Virus record (IMG/VR): IMGVR_UViG_3300021960_000052
Source: an uncultured virus (IMG/VR IMGVR_UViG_3300021960_000052)
Taxonomy: Duplodnaviria; Heunggongvirae; Uroviricota; Caudoviricetes
Length of the DNA stretch: 20,000 nt
Direction: 5' to 3' (one strand)
Positions 8,759 through 16,202 of this stretch are shown here, one piece after another; positions within the stretch are counted from its first letter, which is position 1; every line of letters begins with the position of its first letter. A program made the translations under genes and the position numbers. The notes under the pieces are model-generated. The model did no database searches and had not been told where the DNA came from. It saw nothing but the letters and a program-made list of their open reading frames with translations.

Positions 8759-9011
8759 ATCCTAAAAACCTTAACGCATAATCAGTATATTGTTTTTCGT
8801 CTAGTATACCGTATAGCATATATTGTCTTCCGTGTCCTATAGACACATCATCCTCGTGCCACAGTAAATTTACATTATTATTCTCTACCCATTTATATTC
8901 GGCTGTCTCCTTAAACCTATTTGCTACGTCCCAAAACTGTGTAGCTTTTGCTTTTAGAAGTTTACCGTAATCACGTTCGTGATGTGTAAAGAATGTAACT
9001 TTTATTTCCAA
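8745..9011 (-). CDS. Small hypothetical phage protein, paralog of 9002..9280
   Basis: FWDVANRFKETAEYKW...LYGILDEKQYTDYALRF aligns with FWKVADLFQQTDKYQW...IYADLDDAEYSDYILNF; GAGG upstream. Confidence 0.8.
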   Translation of the reverse strand: MEIKVTFFTHHERDYGKLLKAKATQFWDVANRFKETAEYKWVENNNVNLLWHEDDVSIGHGRQYMLYGILDEKQYTDYALRFLGFEKE

Positions 9012-9280
9012 TCCTCTTTTTCAAACTCATAAAAGTTTAGAATATAGTCGCTGTATTCTGCATCATCTAGGTCAGCATAAATTAATACTTGACTACCTTG
9101 ATGCCATTTAGAATCATCATGTACTTCATAGTTTAATTTAATGCCAGCGCCAACAGCCCATTGATACTTATCTGTTTGTTGAAATAGGTCAGCTACTTTC
9201 CAAAATAGATCGTCGTTGGTTAGTCCTGTTTTTTCATCATGTAGTAATAATCTTACTCTATGCTTTTCTAGTGTTGCCAT
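9002..9280 (-). CDS. Small hypothetical phage protein, paralog of 8745..9011
   Basis: RBS AAGGAAGG; directly downstream of a consensus promoter; visible paralogy. Confidence 0.8.
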   Translation of the reverse strand: MATLEKHRVRLLLHDEKTGLTNDDLFWKVADLFQQTDKYQWAVGAGIKLNYEVHDDSKWHQGSQVLIYADLDDAEYSDYILNFYEFEKEDWK

Positions 9281-9308
9281 TTTACCTTCCTTAAAGTTAC
9301 AGAGCTTA

Positions 9309-9338
9309 ATTATACACGGTAACTGAATAAAGTGTCAA
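9309..9338 (-). promoter_or_regulatory. Sigma70-type promoter TTGACA-N18-TATAAT
   Basis: Both hexamers are perfect consensus; the -35 abuts the thyX stop codon. Confidence 0.85.
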
Positions 9339-9995
9339 CTAGAATTGGTTCATTAAAGGGAATATGTTAGATATAACTTCTGCACATGCTTTGGCTATTT
9401 CCATGTGTTCTTTTTGTGTACCATTTGCCGAACGTAGCTCAATATAATGTACCCAACTACGTAGAGTACCATTCATATAAAGTCTAGTTTTGGTATTACC
9501 TTCTGGTAGGACTGCACGGGCTTGTTCTTTAGCAATACCATTTTTAATAGCCCATTCGTAAGTTCCTTTGGCTAAATCAATAACATACTGCTGACGTTTT
9601 TCCCATTCTTTTTTAAGTTCATCATTGTCCACATCAATTGAGTTCTGTCTATTAGTGGTATCTTGTAGTCGTGCTTCACGTAACACAAACTGATCGCCAA
9701 ACTCTGCTGGATCAGCATAACGTTGACTAAACTCTTGAAATGAAAATGATCTATGACGTACTATTTGATGTGCAATATCTCTTGTGGTATTAATTTCTAA
9801 ACAGGCTGATACCATTTCTAGTGGTGACCAATGTTTATGTTTAATAAGATATTTGATTAGTTTTTCTGATGTTTCTTGATTCATTTGATTGCTAGGGTTT
9901 GATACTCTAGCACAAAAAGCAATTAGTTCTTGGCAATCAACAAGCCCAGTATCCTCAGGAGCAGTTGAATAACTTATTAGGCGAACGTCAGTCAT
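9339..9995 (-). CDS. thyX: Flavin-dependent thymidylate synthase
   Basis: RHRSFSFQEFSQRY (RHRx7S motif), ARVS, HWSPLE, KEQARAVLP, NGTLRSW, TQKEH. Confidence 0.97.
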   Translation of the reverse strand: MTDVRLISYSTAPEDTGLVDCQELIAFCARVSNPSNQMNQETSEKLIKYLIKHKHWSPLEMVSACLEINTTRDIAHQIVRHRSFSFQEFSQRYADPAEFGDQFVLREARLQDTTNRQNSIDVDNDELKKEWEKRQQYVIDLAKGTYEWAIKNGIAKEQARAVLPEGNTKTRLYMNGTLRSWVHYIELRSANGTQKEHMEIAKACAEVISNIFPLMNQF

Positions 9996-10300
9996 AGTTT
10001 TTTCAGTATTTGATCAGTTTCTGGTTGAATAATTTTTGCAACTTCTGCAACGTCAACAAAAAAGTCAATACCTTGTATTTCTGGGTCGTACTGCTTTAAT
10101 CTTTCGTTAAGTGCAAATTCACATTCATGAATGTTAAGACCTTGCTTTCGAAGAGCTGTCATATTAAAATAGCGACGTTTACCATCTTTTAACTTAATAA
10201 CGACTCTTTTAATACATTCTATAGGAATATCTTTTTTTTCAACTCCCTCAACAAGGTCTTCCCATTGCTCAAGAAACTCTGAACTGAGACGTGTTGCCAT
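9992..10300 (-). CDS. Hypothetical phage protein
   Basis: 102-aa ORF with an ATGA overlap into thyX. Confidence 0.8.
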   Translation of the reverse strand: MATRLSSEFLEQWEDLVEGVEKKDIPIECIKRVVIKLKDGKRRYFNMTALRKQGLNIHECEFALNERLKQYDPEIQGIDFFVDVAEVAKIIQPETDQILKKL

Positions 10301-10303
10301 TTA

Positions 10304-10933
10304 CTACGCTGTCGCTTTCTTTTTTGTCGCGGCCTTTTTAGCTGTAGTGGCTTTTGCTGTTGTTGCTTTTTTTGGTAGCAGATCTTTTGCTTCGCTAATC
10401 AAACGTTCTGCTTCTGCTAACATTGATTTAGCATTGGCTTCCATTTGCTCTGCTTGTGCTAACATATTATTAGCAATATCTTCATCGCTTAATGCTGTAG
10501 TAGTTGACGCTTGAGCTCTACTTGCTGTTGGATCTACAAGACCGGCCGCCGCATCGTTTTCTGCTAAACGCTGACGTGCTTCATCACCTGTTTGTAGTTC
10601 ATCTACAATTTTGTTTAGTTCATCTAAACGCACTGTTGATCTTGAAGTAGGTGTCATGATAACTTGATTAGTAGGAACTTTTTTCAAGTAACCTTCTGAA
10701 TGAAGTGCCGCTAGTGCATTACGTCCGTCTGTTAATACTGAACGATGTAGTGCATTGGCAAATTCATGCTCTTGTTGTCCAACTTTTCCTTCTAGCACTT
10801 TCATAATATCGTCGTGCATTAGACTTGGAATATTATCAGCATATACGCATAAACATAAATGCTCATCCCCTGGTATTTTTCTGAAAACAACAACAACTTT
10901 TTTGTTGTTATGTTTCGCTACATGTTTCATCAT
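10304..10933 (-). CDS. Hypothetical phage protein with coiled-coil and K/A/T-rich basic tail
   Basis: 209 aa ending KKATTAKATTAKKAATKKKATA; RBS AGGAG; tandem stop TAG TAA. Confidence 0.85.
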   Translation of the reverse strand: MMKHVAKHNNKKVVVVFRKIPGDEHLCLCVYADNIPSLMHDDIMKVLEGKVGQQEHEFANALHRSVLTDGRNALAALHSEGYLKKVPTNQVIMTPTSRSTVRLDELNKIVDELQTGDEARQRLAENDAAAGLVDPTASRAQASTTTALSDEDIANNMLAQAEQMEANAKSMLAEAERLISEAKDLLPKKATTAKATTAKKAATKKKATA

Positions 10934-10935
10934 AA

Positions 10936-11244
10936 TTATGATTCTCCTTGAGTTTCTTGTTCACCATCAGCTGTTTCTGCAGTCTCCTCTGCTGGTGGTT
11001 TTGGCATAACTGCTTGTAGGAAAGTATTTAATTTATTATAAACACTGCCTACAGTCTGCATCTCGTCTGCTTTAAAAGCACCACGTGATGAACAAACATC
11101 GAACACATTTTTAATAACAATTAAATCATTAACTGTAAGTTGTTCAATTGCTTGTTGTGCTTCAGGATTGATAGTCTCTTCTGCTGGTGCAGTAGGTTCT
11201 ACTACTTCCTTTGCCGTTGCCTCAGTTTTTTTATTTTTTGCCAT
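10936..11244 (-). CDS. Hypothetical phage protein (helical core ...SSRGAFKADEM..VG.VYNKL..FL with acidic tails)
   Basis: RBS AAGGA; preceded by a TAAATA motif. Confidence 0.85.
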   Translation of the reverse strand: MAKNKKTEATAKEVVEPTAPAEETINPEAQQAIEQLTVNDLIVIKNVFDVCSSRGAFKADEMQTVGSVYNKLNTFLQAVMPKPPAEETAETADGEQETQGES

Positions 11245-11275
11245 TGTGTTTCCTTAGTTTGTAATATTACACTGA

Positions 11276-11281
11276 TATTTA
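11276..11281 (-). promoter_or_regulatory. Candidate T4-late-like promoter TAAATA
   Basis: TTAAATATC about 30 nt upstream of the 11244 ATG, in an intergenic gap with no -35 box. Confidence 0.45.
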
Positions 11282-11322
11282 ACGGGTCACAAGGGCCTAT
11301 GGTAAATTTTCTACCAAAAATA

Positions 11323-12633
11323 TTACTTGTCGTCTTCGTATTTTGCCCAAGTACCAAAGGGCGGAGTAGGATTGTCGTTAGAATGAATAATCCAAACAGT
11401 TTCGCAGTAGTTTGGGTCTCCCCATGTATCCCATGGCCAGCCATCTGTAAATACTACTAAACGTTTTGGTTCAATTTGTTCATCTTTAAGATAATTAAAC
11501 ATACACATGAAATCTGTACCGCCACCACCTTGTGGTTCGTAGTCTAATACATCGTCTAAATTATCGCTTGAAAAGTCCTGTGGATTATAAATTTCTGTAT
11601 CAAAGCAAAATATGTGTAATTTAAAGTTGGTCCATTCTTCTGTAATACCTTTAATTTCACTTAAAAAGTCTTGAGCCTGTGCATCTGAAATACTACCTGA
11701 CATATCTAATGCTACACAAATATCAATAAGTTCATCATTTTTCATGCCAGGCATAACTGCGTCCATATGCCAACTACGTCTGCTAGGTCTGGTCCAGGTA
11801 AAGTCTGACTTAATAGTAGACTCTAACTGCTGACGTAATAGTTCGCGCCAGTTCATTTTAGGTTCTGTAATGTCTGCTAAAATGCGTTTCACCCCATTAG
11901 GAAGATTACCAGCACCTGCCTGTTTGGCCGCATTTACTAGTGCTTCTTTTAATTCATCTTTGATATCTTTAAGATCGTTCTCTGACAGTGTAGGCTTTTT
12001 AGTTTTGCCTTGTTCTTTATCAGCAGTTTTACCTGACCCACCTGCATTGTCCTGATCAACTGTTGATTGTTCATTTTCTAAGTGTTCATCAAGTAACTGT
12101 TTGACAAGTTCAGAAACATCAATCTTTTCAGCATTGTCATATAAGTCTTTATACACTTGCTCATATGACCAACCATAGTATTTTGTTTCGTGTAGGCAAG
12201 GAACAGTAGTGATCATACGACCTACTTTTTGTTGAACTAGATCACCGTTAACACAATAGTCAGCGGCAATGTTTGATAGTTGAGCTTCATGTTCGTTATC
12301 AACACGTCTACCAATATGCTCATAAACAGCGTGTAGCACTTCATGACCAAACAAGAATTCACACTCTTTTTCATCTTCTAACATCATAATGAAACGTGAA
12401 TTATAATAAAAGTTACGTCCGTCAGTTGCGGCAGTTGGACACCATTCGTCTGCATTGGTTAGTTTTAAACGTGTTGCTAAGTTGCCAAAGAACGGTTGTT
12501 TAAGAAGTAGTCCAACTCTAGCAGTAACTAAACGTTCACGTGCTTCTGCGTCTACTTTATAATCAGTAGGACCTAGTATGTCTTTAAACTTGTCTGCTAG
12601 GTCCTTGTTTTGTGTGTTGTTTGTTGTAGTCAT
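11323..12633 (-). CDS. HExxH metallopeptidase-like domain plus VWA domain protein (DUF2201 type), predicted MoxR partner
   Basis: PFFG.L, TAATDG, HEVLH, NIAADYCVN; acidic linker; MIDAS DMSGS, GGGGTDF, FTDG. Confidence 0.92.
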   Translation of the reverse strand: MTTTNNTQNKDLADKFKDILGPTDYKVDAEARERLVTARVGLLLKQPFFGNLATRLKLTNADEWCPTAATDGRNFYYNSRFIMMLEDEKECEFLFGHEVLHAVYEHIGRRVDNEHEAQLSNIAADYCVNGDLVQQKVGRMITTVPCLHETKYYGWSYEQVYKDLYDNAEKIDVSELVKQLLDEHLENEQSTVDQDNAGGSGKTADKEQGKTKKPTLSENDLKDIKDELKEALVNAAKQAGAGNLPNGVKRILADITEPKMNWRELLRQQLESTIKSDFTWTRPSRRSWHMDAVMPGMKNDELIDICVALDMSGSISDAQAQDFLSEIKGITEEWTNFKLHIFCFDTEIYNPQDFSSDNLDDVLDYEPQGGGGTDFMCMFNYLKDEQIEPKRLVVFTDGWPWDTWGDPNYCETVWIIHSNDNPTPPFGTWAKYEDDK

Positions 12634-12639
12634 GTAGTT

Positions 12640-12668
12640 ATTATATGAGTTTGCGAATTTACTGTCAA
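12640..12668 (-). promoter_or_regulatory. Sigma70-type promoter TTGACA-N17-TATAAT; predicted +1 at the VWA gene ATG
   Basis: Perfect consensus, with only 6 nt (AACTAC) between TATAAT and ATG. Confidence 0.85.
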
Positions 12669-12669
12669 C

Positions 12670-13026
12670 CTAGTCAGCTCTAGAACCCATGTAAGCACGG
12701 AAGCCATATTGTCTTAATACTTCTGCATAAGCTCGAGCACCTGCTTCATGCACGTCCATACTTTGACCATTGTAAGACCCAGGCTTCCATAAGTCCATGC
12801 GTTTTGGGCGATATGATTTTGTAAAGCCCATTTTTTCTAAAGCCTTGGCTTCTTTTGAATTAGTTCTTGGAACAGTAACATCAACCCAGGCAAAGCCACA
12901 GTATGGTGTATCACCGTGTTCTGCTAACCAATCACTCTGTGCTTTATCAGCGGCCAATTTGGCCTCACGAGCTATTTGATCAATTGTTTCGTCTTTGAAT
13001 ATTACTACTTCTTTAACCAGATCCAT
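12670..13026 (-). CDS. Hypothetical phage protein with a CGFAWV motif, 118 aa (start revised from 13104)
   Basis: AAGGAG at 13038-13033 lies 6 nt before the ATG at 13026 (MDLVKEVV...); the longer start would overlap the upstream gene by 68 nt. Confidence 0.8.
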   Translation of the reverse strand: MDLVKEVVIFKDETIDQIAREAKLAADKAQSDWLAEHGDTPYCGFAWVDVTVPRTNSKEAKALEKMGFTKSYRPKRMDLWKPGSYNGQSMDVHEAGARAYAEVLRQYGFRAYMGSRAD

Positions 13027-13036
13027 AGTCATCTCC

Positions 13037-13459
13037 TTATAATACAAACTTACCTGTTCTAATTTCACGGCCAGTAAAAATATCAACTGGTTCGTCATCA
13101 CCAAACTCAGCGTTAATTTCCATTAGTTCTTCTTCTGAGTAACCATGTTTTTGACGGAAGTTGATATAGTTTTTAATAAAGATCTCATCCTCAACTGCAC
13201 GAACATCTTCTGTTCTGTTTCTAACACTAATATCAATAGTACCATCAACCACAGCCATTTCTAAAATATCACTAGGAACAATGTTGTTTGAAGAGTCCCA
13301 ACGAATCTCACCTTTAGGACCTAAATGATATTCTTTTTCTGCTAACACAGCAACACCTCTACGAGCAAATTCACCTTGAGTACCGTTGCTGAAACGACGT
13401 TCAGTACTATTGTAAACTGCTTCTAATTCTTCTTTTGTTTTAAGTTCTAAGTATGACAT
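13037..13459 (-). CDS. Hypothetical phage protein
   Basis: 140-aa ORF with GGAG RBS, first gene after a consensus promoter. Confidence 0.85.
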   Translation of the reverse strand: MSYLELKTKEELEAVYNSTERRFSNGTQGEFARRGVAVLAEKEYHLGPKGEIRWDSSNNIVPSDILEMAVVDGTIDISVRNRTEDVRAVEDEIFIKNYINFRQKHGYSEEELMEINAEFGDDEPVDIFTGREIRTGKFVL

Positions 13460-13492
13460 CTTTTTCGCTCCATTTGTTTAACTAACAATAAT

Positions 13493-13521
13493 ATTATACG
13501 AAAAACGGATTTTTTGGTCAA
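13493..13521 (-). promoter_or_regulatory. Sigma70-type promoter TTGACC-N17-TATAAT with T-rich upstream element
   Basis: GGTTGACCAAAAAATCCGTTTTTCGTATAAT, preceded by TTTTTTTGGTATTTTT. Confidence 0.85.
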
Positions 13522-13532
13522 CCAAAAATACC

Positions 13533-13558
13533 AAAAAAAGTGTTGTTTTTTTACAACA
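13533..13558 (-). terminator. Weak hairpin TGTTGT-A6-ACAACA followed by C-T7: possible intrinsic terminator or operator
   Basis: Perfect 6-bp inverted repeat 2 nt after the acetyltransferase stop; the stem is AT-rich. Confidence 0.4.
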
Positions 13559-13560
13559 AA

Positions 13561-14283
13561 TTATGAATCGTATGCACCAATAGATTGTGTGCGTTTACGG
13601 TTTTTGAGTTGTTCTCTGATAGTAACTACTTCACCATCCTCAATGGGTCTGCCAGTAATACCAATGCCTGGGTGTATGAATACGTTGTTACCAATTCGAC
13701 TTGTTTTGTAGTTTCCACCATAGGTTGATCCTAAGCTGATATAACTGTGGTTACCCATATTGGCTCCCCAGATTGTAGCACGTCTATTAAGTACACAGTC
13801 TTCGCCTATTTCAATGTCATGACCAACAATGCACTGATACCATATCTGCGTGTGTTTACCTATACGAGCATTAGGCTCAATAATAGCACCTGCTCCTATA
13901 TAATTACCACCACCTAGTTTAACTGACTTTGGTACTACTGCTAACGGATCAATAATGTTTACCAAAGGTGCTTGATGTTCTTCTAGTAAATCAATTAGCA
14001 TTTGTCTCTTTTGATTATCACGCTCAGTGACTTCTTTATTAAGACCACTTGGATCCCAATTAGTAGCAACAAAGAAACTATTGCACCACATTTTTCTCCC
14101 ACTTGTTCCTATTTCTTTATACCAACTACCTATGTCTTTTTCTGAACCAATAACAGGAACTCCGCATATTGACTCAGTGTTACCATAATAGTCTGAGTCA
14201 AGTATTCCGGTGATAGGAATATTAGCACGTTCGCAAACATCTACCCAAATACCTAATGCTGAATTACTACCTAGAAATATCAT
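13561..14283 (-). CDS. Sugar O/N-acetyltransferase, PglD/NeuD-like (Rossmann-like N-domain plus hexapeptide beta-helix)
   Basis: IFLGS..GILDSD..ICGVPVIG N-domain; NIIDPLAVVPKSVKLGGGNYIGAGAIIEPNARIGKH..CIVGHDIEIGEDC hexapeptide repeats with the His at the PglD catalytic position. Confidence 0.85.
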   Translation of the reverse strand: MIFLGSNSALGIWVDVCERANIPITGILDSDYYGNTESICGVPVIGSEKDIGSWYKEIGTSGRKMWCNSFFVATNWDPSGLNKEVTERDNQKRQMLIDLLEEHQAPLVNIIDPLAVVPKSVKLGGGNYIGAGAIIEPNARIGKHTQIWYQCIVGHDIEIGEDCVLNRRATIWGANMGNHSYISLGSTYGGNYKTSRIGNNVFIHPGIGITGRPIEDGEVVTIREQLKNRKRTQSIGAYDS

Positions 14284-14764
14284 CTAAATGTTCCTTTAAC
14301 TTGGTTAAGGTTGCGTCAATGTTATTGTAGTCGTGTAGGATACTAAAGCCTGACCATTCTTCTATGTTACTAACTCTATCATCAATTAAAATATCGCCTG
14401 GTTTATAATGCTTTTGTTTGTCTACAGAGTAAGGACCAAAGAATACAGGTATGCCAGGAAAGTGCTGTGCGGCCCAATTACACTTGTCCCAGAAACTCCA
14501 AGGGCAATCATTTTCTTTTGGTACAGCCGTTAGAAAATACATTTCAAGATTATGGTCATCTCTAATTGTTCTTAGTTGATCAATTAAACTATAAGCAGTT
14601 GGCAGTACTGGAATGTCACGATATATTCTTTGATTAAACGCTTTTAGTTTATACCAATCAGCTTGGCTAAACCTATATCCAGGATTAGGTTGAATACCTA
14701 ATTCTCGTTGTGCGTATCCATCAAAGTCAGATACTACACCATCCATATCTACATATAACTTCAT
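14267..14764 (-). CDS. 5'(3')-deoxyribonucleotidase, HAD superfamily (NT5C-like), 165 aa (start revised from 14794)
   Basis: MKLYVDMDGVVSDF (HAD motif I), FLTAVP, K..W, ILIDDR..NIEEW. The longer start lies inside the tRNA. Confidence 0.9.
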   Translation of the reverse strand: MKLYVDMDGVVSDFDGYAQRELGIQPNPGYRFSQADWYKLKAFNQRIYRDIPVLPTAYSLIDQLRTIRDDHNLEMYFLTAVPKENDCPWSFWDKCNWAAQHFPGIPVFFGPYSVDKQKHYKPGDILIDDRVSNIEEWSGFSILHDYNNIDATLTKLKEHLDDISR

Positions 14765-14780
14765 TGATTGTCCAGAAAAG

Positions 14781-14854
14781 TGGTGCCCCCACACAGAATC
14801 GAACTGCGAATTGATGATTACAAATCAACTGTTATACCGTTTAACTATAGGGGC
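14781..14854 (-). tRNA. trnT: tRNA-Thr(UGU), 74 nt, CCA encoded
   Basis: GCCCCTA-TA-GTTA AACGGTA TAAC-A-GTTGA TTTGTAA TCATC-AATT-CGCAG TTCGATT CTGTG-TGGGGGC-A-CCA folds as a cloverleaf with anticodon TGT. Confidence 0.95.
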
Positions 14855-14869
14855 ATATAGTGTAATTAT

Positions 14870-15088
14870 CTACTCAACGCAGTACTGGCCAAATTTTAAT
14901 TTAAACATGATAGCGTCTTCTTCATTGTAGAAATGTACATCAATCCAATCTGCTTTGGCATGACTATTCCAGCGGTCTCCAGGTAAGCCAAAGTTTTCTG
15001 TTACCCAGGCCATACGCTCATTCCACATTTCAATATCGTCTTGTGACATCCAAAACATTCTTACAGTGTGTGTTTTTCTTTCTGTCAT
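14870..15088 (-). CDS. Small hypothetical phage protein (W..ENFGLPGDRW...FYNEEDAIMFKLKFG)
   Basis: 72-aa ORF, overlap-coupled to the upstream gene; carries the family C-terminal motif. Confidence 0.8.
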   Translation of the reverse strand: MTERKTHTVRMFWMSQDDIEMWNERMAWVTENFGLPGDRWNSHAKADWIDVHFYNEEDAIMFKLKFGQYCVE

Positions 15089-15378
15089 TTACTAAACTTT
15101 AACACAAATAATTCTGCTTGTCTACTGTCTTCAAAGTCAATCCATTCTTCTAAGGTACTGCTTATATCTGGATTGTCACCTGTAAAAGTAAAGGCAGTTC
15201 CTACAGTTGCACGATATTCGTCCCACAACCATTGTTTATATTTTTCAAAAAAGTCTTCATCTGCCCACCAAAGATATCTAGCATTTTCTGTTAATAGTTC
15301 TTTATCCAGGACTACGCTGATAAAGTATCGCTGGCTATAAAACCAATAAGGATGTAATGGTATTCTAGTCTTTTCCAC
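15085..15378 (-). CDS. Small hypothetical phage protein, paralog of 15365..15595 (probable GTG start, 97 aa)
   Basis: RIPLHPYW...WLWDEY...IDFEDSRQAELFVLKFS aligns with KIPFEPYW...WLAQHH...FEFSNEYDAEMFVLRFS, which places the start at GTG 15378. Confidence 0.7.
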   Translation of the reverse strand: MEKTRIPLHPYWFYSQRYFISVVLDKELLTENARYLWWADEDFFEKYKQWLWDEYRATVGTAFTFTGDNPDISSTLEEWIDFEDSRQAELFVLKFSK

Positions 15379-15595
15379 TGAATCTAAGTACAAACATTTC
15401 AGCATCATATTCATTGGAAAATTCAAAGAATAAATGTTTGCGGCCTCTAATTATACAACCGTGGTGCTGAGCTAACCACAAAGCCATATCTTTTGAAAAG
15501 TCTTCAGACTCCATTAACCATTCATTGCGACGTGACATAAATGTTTCTTTAACAGTTGCCCAATAAGGCTCAAATGGTATTTTAATCATTTTCAT
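15365..15595 (-). CDS. Small hypothetical phage protein, paralog of 15085..15378
   Basis: 76 aa, overlaps both neighbours, shared motifs. Confidence 0.8.
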   Translation of the reverse strand: MKMIKIPFEPYWATVKETFMSRRNEWLMESEDFSKDMALWLAQHHGCIIRGRKHLFFEFSNEYDAEMFVLRFSGKD

Positions 15596-16202
15596 GCTGT
15601 GTGTTTACTGCTTGATTAGGTCTGTCGTGTAACCAAGTTACAATAGCATACTTATTACCTTTAACTATAGGCATGGCTTCGTGTTGATAAGCATAGTTAC
15701 TAGGGAATAATAGCAACATACCTGCTTTTGGTTTAATAACTAAATCAAAGTTTTTAAAATAAAGTTCACCACCTACAAAGTCATCATTGAGGTAAAGTAT
15801 AGCACTGATGTGTCGACCTAGACCGGTATGGCCATCATAATGATTAGGATAATTATCACCTGGTTTGTATCTTATAATATTATAAGGCTCGTTGCTGTAA
15901 CAACTTTCATTAATACCATAGTCATGATAATAACTTTGTCCGTAGTGTTGTAACACTTCTTGAAATTGATCCCATACATGATGCACCAAAGGATTAGGTG
16001 AATTCTTTTTAAGCCACGTTAAATTAATTGAGTCACACTGCCGCCCTTCAGATCCTAGGCTAGGTGCAGGAACCCAATTAACTAATTTTCTAGCTGGATC
16101 TTGTGCTGTAGCTTCAATTATTTTAATTGTGTTTTCTGGATACAGCCAGGTATTCTTGTATACATTTATACATCCACCATAGACGTGATCAGGTTTAAAC
16201 AT
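15582..16202 (-). CDS. 2OG-Fe(II) oxygenase, prolyl-4-hydroxylase-like
   Basis: IIRYKPGDNYPNHYD (HxD), ISAILYLNDDFVGGELYF, PKAGMLLLFPS..YQHEAMPIVKGNKYAIVTW (distal His and 2OG-binding Lys). Confidence 0.93.
   Translation of the reverse strand: MFKPDHVYGGCINVYKNTWLYPENTIKIIEATAQDPARKLVNWVPAPSLGSEGRQCDSINLTWLKKNSPNPLVHHVWDQFQEVLQHYGQSYYHDYGINESCYSNEPYNIIRYKPGDNYPNHYDGHTGLGRHISAILYLNDDFVGGELYFKNFDLVIKPKAGMLLLFPSNYAYQHEAMPIVKGNKYAIVTWLHDRPNQAVNTQHEND

Noticed and set aside
9339..9995. Thymidylate synthase homolog acting as a dCMP hydroxymethylase for carbamoyl-5hmC DNA modification
   Set aside because: This is an ordinary flavin-dependent ThyX with intact motifs, not a ThyA-fold hydroxymethylase. 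Such a gene could still lie outside the window.
10307..10375. Low-complexity GCT/TTT repeats as a tandem repeat or CRISPR-like array
   Set aside because: Explained by the K/A/T-rich protein tail; no regularly spaced repeats with unique spacers were seen anywhere in the window.
11300..11318. TGGTA-N7-TACCA hairpin after the VWA gene as a terminator
   Set aside because: The 5-bp stem is weak and there is no U-tract on the coding (minus) strand.
13027..13104. Longer start for the CGFAWV protein
   Set aside because: It overlaps the upstream gene by 68 nt, and a clear AAGGAG precedes the ATG at 13026.
14765..14794. N-terminal extension MWGHHFSGQS on the nucleotidase
   Set aside because: It overlaps the tRNA 3' end; the HAD motif begins right after the ATG at 14764.
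14781..14854. tRNA as a prophage attachment site
   Set aside because: No integrase, no duplicated tRNA 3' end, and no change in gene style on either side.
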